This document shows, piece by piece, positions 1 through 10,752 of a stretch of 64,000 bases of DNA (its first letter is position 1; every line of letters starts with the position of its first letter). Source of the DNA: Octopus vulgaris (lineage: Eukaryota); assembly GCA_951406725.2 (NCBI GenBank), contig OX597821.1, positions 9,610,001 through 9,674,000 of the forward strand, written 5' to 3'. Both the position numbers and the translations under genes were made by a program. Below the pieces are notes generated by a model. That model was not told where the DNA came from, searched no databases, and was given only the letters and a program-made list of their open reading frames with translations.

Positions 1-706
1 CACACTGGTTATGAACATTCAAACGGAGGCGGATGTTATAGAGAAGATTACGGACAGCATAAAGACTGGAAATATTATTATGAGAGTGTGGGTGGAGGGT
101 AGGGCGCCCAGGTGCTACAAGTGTGGCCAAAGGGGTCACATAAGAGCCTACTGCCCTCCCCCACCAAAGGAAAAAGAAAAGGAAAGCGTTGAGGAAGCCT
201 CGGGAGAGGAAGAAAATAAACAGAAACAAACAGAGAAGGAAACGACAGAAGAAGAGGAGATGCAACAAGAGTGGAAAGAAGCGGGAACAAAGAGAAAAAG
301 AAGGAAAAAGAAAAACTGTGCGAAGCCCCAACCCACCCCGACACCACCCATACCCTTGGAGTCCCATCCTTCCCCTGCAAACAGTAATTCCACCCACTCC
401 CCGCCTACAAGAAAAATAAAAACAGACACACAGAGCAAAGAAAGTCCCAAGACCCATTTTTTATTTGTTATACATGGGAAAGACATACAAAACGTTAAAA
501 AACTGGTGTTAACCAAGTGGTACGAACACGAAGATTGGAGCTACACGGTTGTGGATAGTGATGATACGGGTATATTGGCGACAAGGTTAGAGGAAGAGGG
601 TGTGTGTTGGAAGTCAGTGAAAATGAAAGATGAATGGAGAGAGAGGGCTAAAAGAAAAACGAATGTTGTGATAGGTGAAACAGGAATACAAATTGGAAAT
701 GGGTGA
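1..706 (+). CDS. Unit 1, 3' part of the ORF1p/Gag-like CCHC zinc-knuckle protein (5' end outside window); C-terminal type A1
   Basis: Identical to the C-terminal half of unit 2; contains CYKCGQRGHIRAYC. Confidence 0.85.
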   Translation, partial: TLVMNIQTEADVIEKITDSIKTGNIIMRVWVEGRAPRCYKCGQRGHIRAYCPPPPKEKEKESVEEASGEEENKQKQTEKETTEEEEMQQEWKEAGTKRKRRKKKNCAKPQPTPTPPIPLESHPSPANSNSTHSPPTRKIKTDTQSKESPKTHFLFVIHGKDIQNVKKLVLTKWYEHEDWSYTVVDSDDTGILATRLEEEGVCWKSVKMKDEWRERAKRKTNVVIGETGIQIGNG

Positions 707-963
707 AGAAGGACAGACAAGTGATGCTGGCGGATGGGGCCGTCGGTATCACTCTCATATATCATTTTTCATATTCCATTTTGCTCATATATATGTAATT
801 GTGATGTTCCATGTCCCCATGTCTTGTAATGTCCCCCTCTTCGTTGGCCCCTTGTGGGTAATAAAAAATCACGTGGTTTTTTCGGCTCTGTGTTTTTTGC
901 TCTCTGTGAAATTCGGTAAAAAGAAAAAGAACAAAAAGTGAATGGTTGTTGGTGTAAAATTTT

Positions 964-1045
964 GAACATAGTTGATGAGGTTTCGCGTCTCACTGGTTCT
1001 GCGCGTTACACTTTTTCGGTTCGGGAGGCCGTTTCTCGGCCGGAG
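964..1045 (+). promoter_or_regulatory. Two GC/CpG-rich stem-loops in the 5'UTR just upstream of the ATG (present in all full units; B version at 12678-12770)
   Basis: Type A: GAAC-A-UAGU...ACUG-GUUC and UUUCGGU-U-CGGGAGG...UUUCUCG-GCCGGAG. Type B: CUGAACG-GCG-UU-GACGCG(GUUU)CGCGUU-U-CGC-U-CGUUCAG and UUUUCUGUU-UUGGCGG-CCG(UUUU)CGG-U-CUGUCA-GACAGAAGG. Folded by eye. Confidence 0.6.
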
Positions 1046-1051
1046 GCGACT

Positions 1052-2380
1052 ATGAGCCGCCTCCATCAAGCGGAGGAGATGGAAGGGAGAATTTACTCTG
1101 AAATTTCGACGGAAGTATCGACATCTGAGGAGGAGTTGGCGGTGAAAAAGATGGAAGGCACCTACGCAGGTGTAACGAAGAAGTCAACGGAAAGAGAGAT
1201 AGACTTGGCTAAGTTGGCGGGCCTCCAGGAATTTGTGAAGGAGGACGAGAACGGTGAAGTTGAGCTGCTGCATCCAGTAGGGTGCGGAGACTGGTTCCAT
1301 CGTAGAACCATTAAATATAAAGTATTTATGAATGGAGGTAGAAAGATGGAAGTAATTAACATGGAAGCAATTGAAGAGGCTCTTAAGCAGACGGGAGAGG
1401 AAATTGTGTACATGACGAAAGGATTACAATACGGAACGATAACGGTGCAATTTAAAAGTGAAAAAGCAGCCAGGAATGTAGCAGCCAAGGTGGTGAGTAC
1501 AGAAAAGATTTACTTGTTACCCTCGTATCTGAATAGGCGGACAACTAGAATTAGGGTGGAGGGAATACCTCCACACCTAGAGGGCGAAGTAATAACGGCT
1601 GCGGTTATAAAAGGAAATGAGGATAAGGTGGACATCCTCCACGCCAGTATGAAGTATGAAGGCGTGAGAGGTGCCACACTGGTTATGAACATTCAAACGG
1701 AGGCGGATGTTATAGAGAAGATTACGGACAGCATAAAGACTGGAAATATTATTATGAGAGTGTGGGTGGAGGGTAGGGCGCCCAGGTGCTACAAGTGTGG
1801 CCAAAGGGGTCACATAAGAGCCTACTGCCCTCCCCCACCAAAGGAAAAAGAAAAGGAAAGCGTTGAGGAAGCCTCGGGAGAGGAAGAAAATAAACAGAAA
1901 CAAACAGAGAAGGAAACGACAGAAGAAGAGGAGATGCAACAAGAGTGGAAAGAAGCGGGAACAAAGAGAAAAAGAAGGAAAAAGAAAAACTGTGCGAAGC
2001 CCCAACCCACCCCGACACCACCCATACCCTTGGAGTCCCATCCTTCCCCTGCAAACAGTAATTCCACCCACTCCCCGCCTACAAGAAAAATAAAAACAGA
2101 CACACAGAGCAAAGAAAGTCCCAAGACCCATTTTTTATTTGTTATACATGGGAAAGACATACAAAACGTTAAAAAACTGGTGTTAACCAAGTGGTACGAA
2201 CACGAAGATTGGAGCTACACGGTTGTGGATAGTGATGATACGGGTATATTGGCGACAAGGTTAGAGGAAGAGGGTGTGTGTTGGAAGTCAGTGAAAATGA
2301 AAGATGAATGGAGAGAGAGGGCTAAAAGAAAAACGAATGTTGTGATAGGTGAAACAGGAATACAAATTGGAAATGGGTGA
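1052..2380 (+). CDS. Unit 2 ORF1p/Gag-like protein, 442 aa (Tx1/L1 ORF1p or ZCCHC3-like); C-terminal type A1
   Basis: The first ATG conserved in all type-A units is GCGACTATG at 1052. Motifs: TYAGVTKK; RRM-like GTITVQFKSEKAAR...TRIRVEGIPP; VWVEGRAPRCYKCGQRGHIRAYC (CX2CX4HX4C); KRKRRKKK NLS-like stretch; Pro-rich linker. Confidence 0.85.
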   Translation: MSRLHQAEEMEGRIYSEISTEVSTSEEELAVKKMEGTYAGVTKKSTEREIDLAKLAGLQEFVKEDENGEVELLHPVGCGDWFHRRTIKYKVFMNGGRKMEVINMEAIEEALKQTGEEIVYMTKGLQYGTITVQFKSEKAARNVAAKVVSTEKIYLLPSYLNRRTTRIRVEGIPPHLEGEVITAAVIKGNEDKVDILHASMKYEGVRGATLVMNIQTEADVIEKITDSIKTGNIIMRVWVEGRAPRCYKCGQRGHIRAYCPPPPKEKEKESVEEASGEEENKQKQTEKETTEEEEMQQEWKEAGTKRKRRKKKNCAKPQPTPTPPIPLESHPSPANSNSTHSPPTRKIKTDTQSKESPKTHFLFVIHGKDIQNVKKLVLTKWYEHEDWSYTVVDSDDTGILATRLEEEGVCWKSVKMKDEWRERAKRKTNVVIGETGIQIGNG

Positions 2381-2394
2381 AGAAGGACAGACAA

Positions 2395-2426
2395 GTGATG
2401 CTGGCGGATGGGGCCGTCGGTATCAC
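2395..2426 (+). promoter_or_regulatory. Conserved 3'UTR RNA hairpin (13-15 bp stem, ANGGGG loop), repeated in every unit (e.g. 721-752, 14184-14219, 17543-17578)
   Basis: GUGAUGCUGGCGG-AUGGGG-CCGUCGGUAUCAC; the variants in units 9 and 11 keep every pair through G-U/G-C/A-U swaps. Confidence 0.75.
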
Positions 2427-2726
2427 TCTCATATATCATTTTTCATATTCCATTTTGCTCATATATATGTAATTGTGATGTTCCATGTCCCCATGTCTTG
2501 TAATGTCCCCCTCTTCGTTGGCCCCTTGTGGGTAATAAAAAATCACGTGGTTTTTTCGGCTCTGTGTTTTTTGCTCTCTGTGAAATTCGGTAAAAAGAAA
2601 AAAGAACAAAAAGTGAATGGTTGTTGGTGTAAAATTTTGAACATAGTTGATGAGGTTTCGCGTCTCACTGGTTCTGCGCGTTACACTTTTTCGGTTCGGG
2701 AGGCCGTTTCTCGGCCGGAGGCGACT

Positions 2727-4055
2727 ATGAGCCGCCTCCATCAAGCGGAGGAGATGGAAGGGAGAATTTACTCTGAAATTTCGACGGAAGTATCGACATC
2801 TGAGGAGGAGTTGGCGGTGAAAAAGATGGAAGGCACCTACGCAGGTGTAACGAAGAAGTCAACGGAAAGAGAGATAGACTTGGCTAAGTTGGCGGGCCTC
2901 CAGGAATTTGTGAAGGAGGACGAGAACGGTGAAGTTGAGCTGCTGCATCCAGTAGGGTGCGGAGACTGGTTCCATCGTAGAACCATTAAATATAAAGTAT
3001 TTATGAATGGAGGTAGAAAGATGGAAGTAATTAACATGGAAGCAATTGAAGAGGCTCTTAAGCAGACGGGAGAGGAAATTGTGTACATGACGAAAGGATT
3101 ACAATACGGAACGATAACGGTGCAATTTAAAAGTGAAAAAGCAGCCAGGAATGTAGCAGCCAAGGTGGTGAGTACAGAAAAGATTTACTTGTTACCCTCG
3201 TATCTGAATAGGCGGACAACTAGAATTAGGGTGGAGGGAATACCTCCACACCTAGAGGGCGAAGTAATAACGGCTGCGGTTATAAAAGGAAATGAGGATA
3301 AGGTGGACATCCTCCACGCCAGTATGAAGTATGAAGGCGTGAGAGGTGCCACACTGGTTATGAACATTCAAACGGAGGCGGATGTTATAGAGAAGATTAC
3401 GGACAGCATAAAGACTGGAAATATTATTATGAGAGTGTGGGTGGAGGGTAGGGCGCCCAGGTGCTACAAGTGTGGCCAAAGGGGTCACATAAGAGCCTAC
3501 TGCCCTCCCCCACCAAAGGAAAAAGAAAAGGAAAGCGTTGAGGAAGCCTCGGGAGAGGAAGAAAATAAACAGAAACAAACAGAGAAGGAAACGACAGAAG
3601 AAGAGGAGATGCAACAAGAGTGGAAAGAAGCGGGAACAAAGAGAAAAAGAAGGAAAAAGAAAAACTGTGCGAAGCCCCAACCCACCCCGACACCACCCAT
3701 ACCCTTGGAGTCCCATCCTTCCCCTGCAAACAGTAATTCCACCCACTCCCCGCCTACAAGAAAAATAAAAACAGACACACAGAGCAAAGAAAGTCCCAAG
3801 ACCCATTTTTTATTTGTTATACATGGGAAAGACATACAAAACGTTAAAAAACTGGTGTTAACCAAGTGGTACGAACACGAAGATTGGAGCTACACGGTTG
3901 TGGATAGTGATGATACGGGTATATTGGCGACAAGGTTAGAGGAAGAGGGTGTGTGTTGGAAGTCAGTGAAAATGAAAGATGAATGGAGAGAGAGGGCTAA
4001 AAGAAAAACGAATGTTGTGATAGGTGAAACAGGAATACAAATTGGAAATGGGTGA
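2727..4055 (+). CDS. Unit 3 ORF1p/Gag-like protein, 442 aa, type A1
   Basis: Intact ORF with the same protein sequence as unit 2. Confidence 0.85.
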   Translation: MSRLHQAEEMEGRIYSEISTEVSTSEEELAVKKMEGTYAGVTKKSTEREIDLAKLAGLQEFVKEDENGEVELLHPVGCGDWFHRRTIKYKVFMNGGRKMEVINMEAIEEALKQTGEEIVYMTKGLQYGTITVQFKSEKAARNVAAKVVSTEKIYLLPSYLNRRTTRIRVEGIPPHLEGEVITAAVIKGNEDKVDILHASMKYEGVRGATLVMNIQTEADVIEKITDSIKTGNIIMRVWVEGRAPRCYKCGQRGHIRAYCPPPPKEKEKESVEEASGEEENKQKQTEKETTEEEEMQQEWKEAGTKRKRRKKKNCAKPQPTPTPPIPLESHPSPANSNSTHSPPTRKIKTDTQSKESPKTHFLFVIHGKDIQNVKKLVLTKWYEHEDWSYTVVDSDDTGILATRLEEEGVCWKSVKMKDEWRERAKRKTNVVIGETGIQIGNG

Positions 4056-4401
4056 AGAAGGACAGACAAGTGATGCTGGCGGATGGGGCCGTCGGTATCA
4101 CTCTCATATATCATTTTTCATATTCCATTTTGCTCATATATATGTAATTGTGATGTTCCATGTCCCCATGTCTTGTAATGTCCCCCTCTTCGTTGGCCCC
4201 TTGTGGGTAATAAAAAATCACGTGGTTTTTTCGGCTCTGTGTTTTTTGCTCTCTGTGAAATTCGGTAAAAAGAAAAAAGAACAAAAAGTGAATGGTTGTT
4301 GGTGTAAAATTTTGAACATAGTTGATGAGGTTTCGCGTCTCACTGGTTCTGCGCGTTACACTTTTTCGGTTCGGGAGGCCGTTTCTCGGCCGGAGGCGAC
4401 T

Positions 4402-5730
4402 ATGAGCCGCCTCCATCAAGCGGAGGAGATGGAAGGGAGAATTTACTCTGAAATTTCGACGGAAGTATCGACATCTGAGGAGGAGTTGGCGGTGAAAAAG
4501 ATGGAAGGCACCTACGCAGGTGTAACGAAGAAGTCAACGGAAAGAGAGATAGACTTGGCTAAGTTGGCGGGCCTCCAGGAATTTGTGAAGGAGGACGAGA
4601 ACGGTGAAGTTGAGCTGCTGCATCCAGTAGGGTGCGGAGACTGGTTCCATCGTAGAACCATTAAATATAAAGTATTTATGAATGGAGGTAGAAAGATGGA
4701 AGTAATTAACATGGAAGCAATTGAAGAGGCTCTTAAGCAGACGGGAGAGGAAATTGTGTACATGACGAAAGGATTACAATACGGAACCATAACGGTGCAA
4801 TTTAAAAGTGAAAAAGCAGCCAGGAATGTAGCAGCCAAGGTGGTGAGTACAGAAAAGATTTACTTGTTACCCTCGTATCTGAATAGGCGGACAACTAGAA
4901 TTAGGGTGGAGGGAATACCTCCACACCTAGAGGGCGAAGTAATAACGGCTGCGGTTATAAAAGGAAATGAGGATAAGGTGGACATCCTCCACGCCAGTAT
5001 GAAGTATGAAGGCGTGAGAGGTGCCACACTGGTTATGAACATTCAAACGGAGGCGGATGTTATAGAGAAGATTACGGACAGCATAAAGACTGGAAATATT
5101 ATTATGAGAGTGTGGGTGGAGGGTAGGGCGCCCAGGTGCTACAAGTGTGGCCAAAGGGGTCACATAAGAGCCTACTGCCCTCCCCCACCAAAGGAAAAAG
5201 AAAAGGAAAGCGTTGAGGAAGCCTCGGGAGAGGAAGAAAATAAACAGAAACAAACAGAGAAGGAAACGACAGAAGAAGAGGAGATGCAACAAGAGTGGAA
5301 AGAAGCGGGAACAAAGAGAAAAAGAAGGAAAAAGAAAAACTGTGCGAAGCCCCAACCCACCCCGACACCACCCATACCCTTGGAGTCCCATCCTTCCCCT
5401 GCAAACAGTAATTCCACCCACTCCCCGCCTACAAGAAAAATAAAAACAGACACACAGAGCAAAGAAAGTCCCAAGACCCATTTTTTATTTGTTATACATG
5501 GGAAAGACATACAAAACGTTAAAAAACTGGTGTTAACCAAGTGGTACGAACACGAAGATTGGAGCTACACGGTTGTGGATAGTGATGATACGGGTATATT
5601 GGCGACAAGGTTAGAGGAAGAGGGTGTGTGTTGGAAGTCAGTGAAAATGAAAGATGAATGGAGAGAGAGGGCTAAAAGAAAAACGAATGTTGTGATAGGT
5701 GAAACAGGAATACAAATTGGAAATGGGTGA
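4402..5730 (+). CDS. Unit 4 ORF1p/Gag-like protein, 442 aa, type A1
   Basis: Intact ORF; one synonymous ACG>ACC change relative to unit 2. Confidence 0.85.
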   Translation: MSRLHQAEEMEGRIYSEISTEVSTSEEELAVKKMEGTYAGVTKKSTEREIDLAKLAGLQEFVKEDENGEVELLHPVGCGDWFHRRTIKYKVFMNGGRKMEVINMEAIEEALKQTGEEIVYMTKGLQYGTITVQFKSEKAARNVAAKVVSTEKIYLLPSYLNRRTTRIRVEGIPPHLEGEVITAAVIKGNEDKVDILHASMKYEGVRGATLVMNIQTEADVIEKITDSIKTGNIIMRVWVEGRAPRCYKCGQRGHIRAYCPPPPKEKEKESVEEASGEEENKQKQTEKETTEEEEMQQEWKEAGTKRKRRKKKNCAKPQPTPTPPIPLESHPSPANSNSTHSPPTRKIKTDTQSKESPKTHFLFVIHGKDIQNVKKLVLTKWYEHEDWSYTVVDSDDTGILATRLEEEGVCWKSVKMKDEWRERAKRKTNVVIGETGIQIGNG

Positions 5731-6076
5731 AGAAGGACAGACAAGTGATGCTGGCGGATGGGGCCGTCGGTATCACTCTCATATATCATTTTTCATATTC
5801 CATTTTGCTCATATATATGTAATTGTGATGTTCCATGTCCCCATGTCTTGTAATGTCCCCCTCTTCGTTGGCCCCTTGTGGGTAATAAAAAATCACGTGG
5901 TTTTTTCGGCTCTGTGTTTTTTGCTCTCTGTGAAATTCGGTAAAAAGAAAAAAGAACAAAAAGTGAATGGTTGTTGGTGTAAAATTTTGAACATAGTTGA
6001 TGAGGTTTCGCGTCTCACTGGTTCTGCGCGTTACACTTTTTCGGTTCGGGAGGCCGTTTCTCGGCCGGAGGCGACT

Positions 6077-7405
6077 ATGAGCCGCCTCCATCAAGCGGAG
6101 GAGATGGAAGGGAGAATTTACTCTGAAATTTCGACGGAAGTATCGACATCTGAGGAGGAGTTGGCGGTGAAAAAGATGGAAGGCACCTACGCAGGTGTAA
6201 CGAAGAAGTCAACGGAAAGAGAGATAGACTTGGCTAAGTTGGCGGGCCTCCAGGAATTTGTGAAGGAGGACGAGAACGGTGAAGTTGAGCTGCTGCATCC
6301 AGTAGGGTGCGGAGACTGGTTCCATCGTAGAACCATTAAATATAAAGTATTTATGAATGGAGGTAGAAAGATGGAAGTAATTAACATGGAAGCAATTGAA
6401 GAGGCTCTTAAGCAGACGGGAGAGGAAATTGTGTACATGACGAAAGGATTACAATACGGAACGATAACGGTGCAATTTAAAAGTGAAAAAGCAGCCAGGA
6501 ATGTAGCAGCCAAGGTGGTGAGTACAGAAAAGATTTACTTGTTACCCTCGTATCTGAATAGGCGGACAACTAGAATTAGGGTGGAGGGAATACCTCCACA
6601 CCTAGAGGGCGAAGTAATAACGGCTGCGGTTATAAAAGGAAATGAGGATAAGGTGGACATCCTCCACGCCAGTATGAAGTATGAAGGCGTGAGAGGTGCC
6701 ACACTGGTTATGAACATTCAAACGGAGACGGATGTTATAGAGAAGATTACGGACAGCATAAAGACTGGAAATATTATTATGAGAGTGTGGGTGGAGGGTA
6801 GGGCGCCCAGGTGCTACAAGTGTGGCCAAAGGGGTCACATAAGAGCCTACTGCCCTCCCCCACCAAAGGAAAAAGAAAAGGAAAGCGTTGAGGAAGCCTC
6901 GGGAGAGGAAGAAAATAAACAGAAACAAACAGAGAAGGAAACGACAGAAGAAGAGGAGATGCAACAAGAGTGGAAAGAAGCGGGAACAAAGAGAAAAAGA
7001 AGGAAAAGGAAAAACTGTGCGAAGCCCCAACCCACCCCGACACCACCCATACCCTTGGAGTCCCATCCTTCCCCTGCAAACAGTAATTCCACCCACTCCC
7101 CGCCTACAAGAAGAATAAAAACAGACACACAGAGCAAAGAAAGTCCCAAGTCCCATTTTTTATTTGTTATACATGGGAGAGACGTACAAAACGTTAAAAA
7201 ACTGGTGTTAACCAAGTGGTACGAACACGAAGATTGGAGCTACACGGCTGTGGATGGTGATGATACGGGTATATTGGCGACAAGGTTAGAGGAAGAGGGT
7301 GTGTGTTGGAAGTCAGTGGAAATGAAAGATGAATGGATAGAGAGGGCTAAAAGAAAAACGAATGTTGTGATGGTTAAAAGAGGAATACTAATTGAAAATG
7401 GGTGA
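6077..7405 (+). CDS. Unit 5 ORF1p/Gag-like protein, 442 aa, C-terminal type A2
   Basis: Intact ORF; C-terminus reads ...GRDVQNV...AVDGDD...MVKRGILIENG. Confidence 0.85.
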   Translation: MSRLHQAEEMEGRIYSEISTEVSTSEEELAVKKMEGTYAGVTKKSTEREIDLAKLAGLQEFVKEDENGEVELLHPVGCGDWFHRRTIKYKVFMNGGRKMEVINMEAIEEALKQTGEEIVYMTKGLQYGTITVQFKSEKAARNVAAKVVSTEKIYLLPSYLNRRTTRIRVEGIPPHLEGEVITAAVIKGNEDKVDILHASMKYEGVRGATLVMNIQTETDVIEKITDSIKTGNIIMRVWVEGRAPRCYKCGQRGHIRAYCPPPPKEKEKESVEEASGEEENKQKQTEKETTEEEEMQQEWKEAGTKRKRRKRKNCAKPQPTPTPPIPLESHPSPANSNSTHSPPTRRIKTDTQSKESPKSHFLFVIHGRDVQNVKKLVLTKWYEHEDWSYTAVDGDDTGILATRLEEEGVCWKSVEMKDEWIERAKRKTNVVMVKRGILIENG

Positions 7406-7750
7406 AGAAGGACAGATAAGTGATGCTGGCGGATGGGGCCGTCGGTATCGCTCTCATATATCATTTTCATATTCCATTTTGCTCATATATATGTAATTGT
7501 GATGTTCCATGTCCCCATGTCTTGTAATGTCCCCCTCTTCGTTGGCCCCTTGTGGGTAATAAAAAATCACGCGGTTTTTTCGGCTCTGTGTTTTTTGCTC
7601 TCTGTGAAATTCGGTAAAAAGAAAAAAGAACAAAAAGTGAATGGTTGTTGGTGTAAAATTTTGAACATAGTTAATGCGGTTTCGCGTCTCACTGGTTCTG
7701 CGCGTTACACTTTTTCGGTTCGGGAGGCCGTTTCTCGGCCGGAGGCGACT

Positions 7751-9079
7751 ATGAGCCGCCTCCATCAAGCGGAGGAGATGGAAGGGAGAATTTACTCTGA
7801 AATTTCGACGGAAGTATCGACATCTGAGGAGGAGTTGGCGGTGAAAAAGATGGAAGGCACCTACGCAGGTGTAACGAAGAAGTCAACGGAAAGAGAGATA
7901 GACTTGGCTAAGTTGGCGGGCCTCCAGGAATTTGTGAAGGAGGACGAGAACGGTGAAGTTGAGCTGCTGCATCCAGTAGGGTGCGGAGACTGGTTCCATC
8001 GTAGAACCATTAAATATAAAGTATTTATGAATGGAGGTAGAAAGATGGAAGTAATTAACATGGAAGCAATTGAAGAGGCTCTTAAGCAGACGGGAGAGGA
8101 AATTGTGTACATGACGAAAGGATTACAATACGGAACCATAACGGTGCAATTTAAAAGTGAAAAAGCAGCCAGGAATGTAGCAGCCAAGGTGGTGAGTACA
8201 GAAAAGATTTACTTGTTACCCTCGTATCTGAATAGGCGGACAACTAGAATTAGGGTGGAGGGAATACCTCCACACCTAGAGGGCGAATTAATAACGGCTG
8301 CGGTTATAAAAGGAAATGAAGATAAAGTGGACATCCTCCACGCCATTATGAAGTATGAAGGCGTGAGAGGTGCCACACTAGTTATGAACGTTCAAACGGA
8401 GGCGGATGTTATAGAGAAGATTACGGACAGCATAAAGACTGGAAATATTATTATGAGAGTGTGGGTGGAGGGTAGGGCGCCCAGGTGCTACAAGTGTGGC
8501 CAAAGGGGTCACATAAGAGCCTACTGCCCTCCCCCACCAAAGGAAAAAGAAAAGGAAAGCGTTGAGGAAGCCTCGGGAGAGGAAGAAAATAAACAGAAAC
8601 AAACAGAGAAGGAAACGACAGAAGAAGAGGAGATGCAACAAGAGTGGAAAGAAGCGGGAACAAAGAGAAAAAGAAGGAAAAAGAAAAACTGTGCGAAGCC
8701 CCAACCCACCCCGACACCACCCATACCCTTGGAGTCCCATCCTTCCCCTGCAAACAGTAATTCCACCCACTCCCCGCCTACAAGAAGAATAAAAACAGAC
8801 ACACAGAGCAAAGAAAGTCCCAAGACCCATTTTTTATTTGTTATACATGGGAGAGACGTACAAAACGTTAAAAAACTGGTGTTAACCAAGTGGTACGAAC
8901 ACGAAGATTGGAGCTACACGGCTGTGGATGGTGATGATACGGGTATATTGGCGACAAGGTTAGAGGAAGAGGGTGTGTGTTGGAAGACAGTGGAAATGAA
9001 AGATGAATGGATAGAGAGGGCTAAAAGAAAAACGAATGTTGTGATGGTTAAAACAGGAATACTAATTGAAAATGGGTGA
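7751..9079 (+). CDS. Unit 6 ORF1p/Gag-like protein, 442 aa, type A2
   Basis: Intact ORF with the central variant block (ELIT, HAIM, NVQT) and an A2 C-terminus. Confidence 0.85.
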   Translation: MSRLHQAEEMEGRIYSEISTEVSTSEEELAVKKMEGTYAGVTKKSTEREIDLAKLAGLQEFVKEDENGEVELLHPVGCGDWFHRRTIKYKVFMNGGRKMEVINMEAIEEALKQTGEEIVYMTKGLQYGTITVQFKSEKAARNVAAKVVSTEKIYLLPSYLNRRTTRIRVEGIPPHLEGELITAAVIKGNEDKVDILHAIMKYEGVRGATLVMNVQTEADVIEKITDSIKTGNIIMRVWVEGRAPRCYKCGQRGHIRAYCPPPPKEKEKESVEEASGEEENKQKQTEKETTEEEEMQQEWKEAGTKRKRRKKKNCAKPQPTPTPPIPLESHPSPANSNSTHSPPTRRIKTDTQSKESPKTHFLFVIHGRDVQNVKKLVLTKWYEHEDWSYTAVDGDDTGILATRLEEEGVCWKTVEMKDEWIERAKRKTNVVMVKTGILIENG

Positions 9080-9423
9080 AGAAGGACAGATAAGTGATGC
9101 TGGCGGATGGGGCCGTCGGTATCGCTCTCATATATCATTTTCATATTCCATTTTGCTCATATATATGTAATTGTGATGTTCCATGTCCCCATGTCTTGTA
9201 ATGTCCCCCTCTTCGTTGGCCCCTTGTGGGTAATAAAAAATCACGTGGTTTTTCGGCTCCGTGTTTTTTGCTCTCTGTGAAATTCGGTAAAAAGAAAAAA
9301 GAACAAAAAGTGAATGGTTGTTGGTGTAAAATTTTGAACATAGTTAATGCGGTTTCGCGTCTCACTGGTTCTGCGCGTTACACTTTTTCGGTTCGGGAGG
9401 CCGTTTCTCGGCCGGAGGCGACT

Positions 9424-10752
9424 ATGAGCCGCCTCCATCAAGCGGAGGAGATGGAAGGGAGAATTTACTCTGAAATTTCGACGGAAGTATCGACATCTGA
9501 GGAGGAGTTGGCGGTGAAAAAGATGGAAGGCACCTACGCAGGTGTAACGAAGAAGTCAACGGAAAGAGAGATAGACTTGGCTAAGTTGGCGGGCCTCCAG
9601 GAATTTGTGAAGGAGGACGAGAACGGTGAAGTTGAGCTGCTGCATCCAGTAGGGTGCGGAGACTGGTTCCATCGTAGAACCATTAAATATAAAGTATTTA
9701 TGAATGGAGGTAGAAAGATGGAAGTAATTAACATGGAAGCAATTGAAGAGGCTCTTAAGCAGACGGGAGAGGAAATTGTGTACATGACGAAAGGATTACA
9801 ATACGGAACCATAACGGTGCAATTTAAAAGTGAAAAAGCAGCCAGGAATGTAGCAGCCAAGGTGGTGAGTACAGAAAAGATTTACTTGTTACCCTCGTAT
9901 CTGAATAGGCGGACAACTAGAATTAGGGTGGAGGGAATACCTCCACACCTAGAGGGCGAAGTAATAACGGCTGCGGTTATAAAAGGAAATGAGGATAAGG
10001 TGGACATCCTCCACGCCAGTATGAAGTATGAAGGCGTGAGAGGTGCCACACTGGTTATGAACATTCAAACGGAGGCGGATGTTATAGAGAAGATTACGGA
10101 CAGCATAAAGACTGGAAATATTATTATGAGAGTGTGGGTGGAGGGTAGGGCGCCCAGGTGCTACAAGTGTGGCCAAAGGGGTCACATAAGAGCCTACTGC
10201 CCTCCCCCACCAAAGGAAAAAGAAAAGGAAAGCGTTGAGGAAGCCTCGGGAGAGGAAGAAAATAAACAGAAACAAACAGAGAAGGAAACGACAGAAGAAG
10301 AGGAGATGCAACAAGAGTGGAAAGAAGCGGGAACAAAGAGAAAAAGAAGGAAAAAGAAAAACTGTGCGAAGCCCCAACCCACCCCGACATCACCCATACC
10401 CTTGGAGTCCCATCCTTCCCCTGCAAACAGTAATTCCACCCACTCCCCGCCTACAAGAAGAATAAAAACAGACACACAGAGCAAAGAAAGTCCCAAGTCC
10501 CATTTTTTATTTGTTATACATGGGAGAGACGTACAAAACGTTAAAAAACTGGTGTTAACCAAGTGGTACGAACACGAAGATTGGAGCTACACGGCTGTGG
10601 ATGGTGATGATACGGGTATATTGGCGACAAGGTTAGAGGAAGAGGGTGTGTGTTGGAAGTCAGTGGAAATGAAAGATGAATGGATAGAGAGGGCTAAAAG
10701 AAAAACGAATGTTGTGATGGTTAAAACAGGAATACTAATTGAAAATGGGTGA
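9424..10752 (+). CDS. Unit 7 ORF1p/Gag-like protein, 442 aa, type A2
   Basis: Intact ORF; unit-2-like centre with an A2 C-terminus. Confidence 0.85.
   Translation: MSRLHQAEEMEGRIYSEISTEVSTSEEELAVKKMEGTYAGVTKKSTEREIDLAKLAGLQEFVKEDENGEVELLHPVGCGDWFHRRTIKYKVFMNGGRKMEVINMEAIEEALKQTGEEIVYMTKGLQYGTITVQFKSEKAARNVAAKVVSTEKIYLLPSYLNRRTTRIRVEGIPPHLEGEVITAAVIKGNEDKVDILHASMKYEGVRGATLVMNIQTEADVIEKITDSIKTGNIIMRVWVEGRAPRCYKCGQRGHIRAYCPPPPKEKEKESVEEASGEEENKQKQTEKETTEEEEMQQEWKEAGTKRKRRKKKNCAKPQPTPTSPIPLESHPSPANSNSTHSPPTRRIKTDTQSKESPKSHFLFVIHGRDVQNVKKLVLTKWYEHEDWSYTAVDGDDTGILATRLEEEGVCWKSVEMKDEWIERAKRKTNVVMVKTGILIENG

Noticed and set aside
971-995. TTGATGAG...CTC in the 5'UTR as a hammerhead core
   Set aside because: Lacks the GAAA and is not conserved in units 6, 7, 9 and 11.
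78-2190. Antisense and alternate-frame ORFs repeated in each unit
   Set aside because: Low-complexity F/L/S-rich shadows of the purine-rich sense ORF; several are truncated in variant units.
2349-2726. N-terminal extensions giving 480-568 aa ORFs that overlap the previous unit
   Set aside because: They run through the 3'UTR, junction and homopolymers, and their length and frame change between units with single-base indels. The conserved start is the ATG of MSRLHQ.
7100-7405. A/G-biased differences between A1 and A2 as fixed ADAR editing or DGR-like mutagenesis
   Set aside because: The sense strand is strongly purine-rich, the direction of change is unknown, several changes are transversions, and no template repeat or RT is present.
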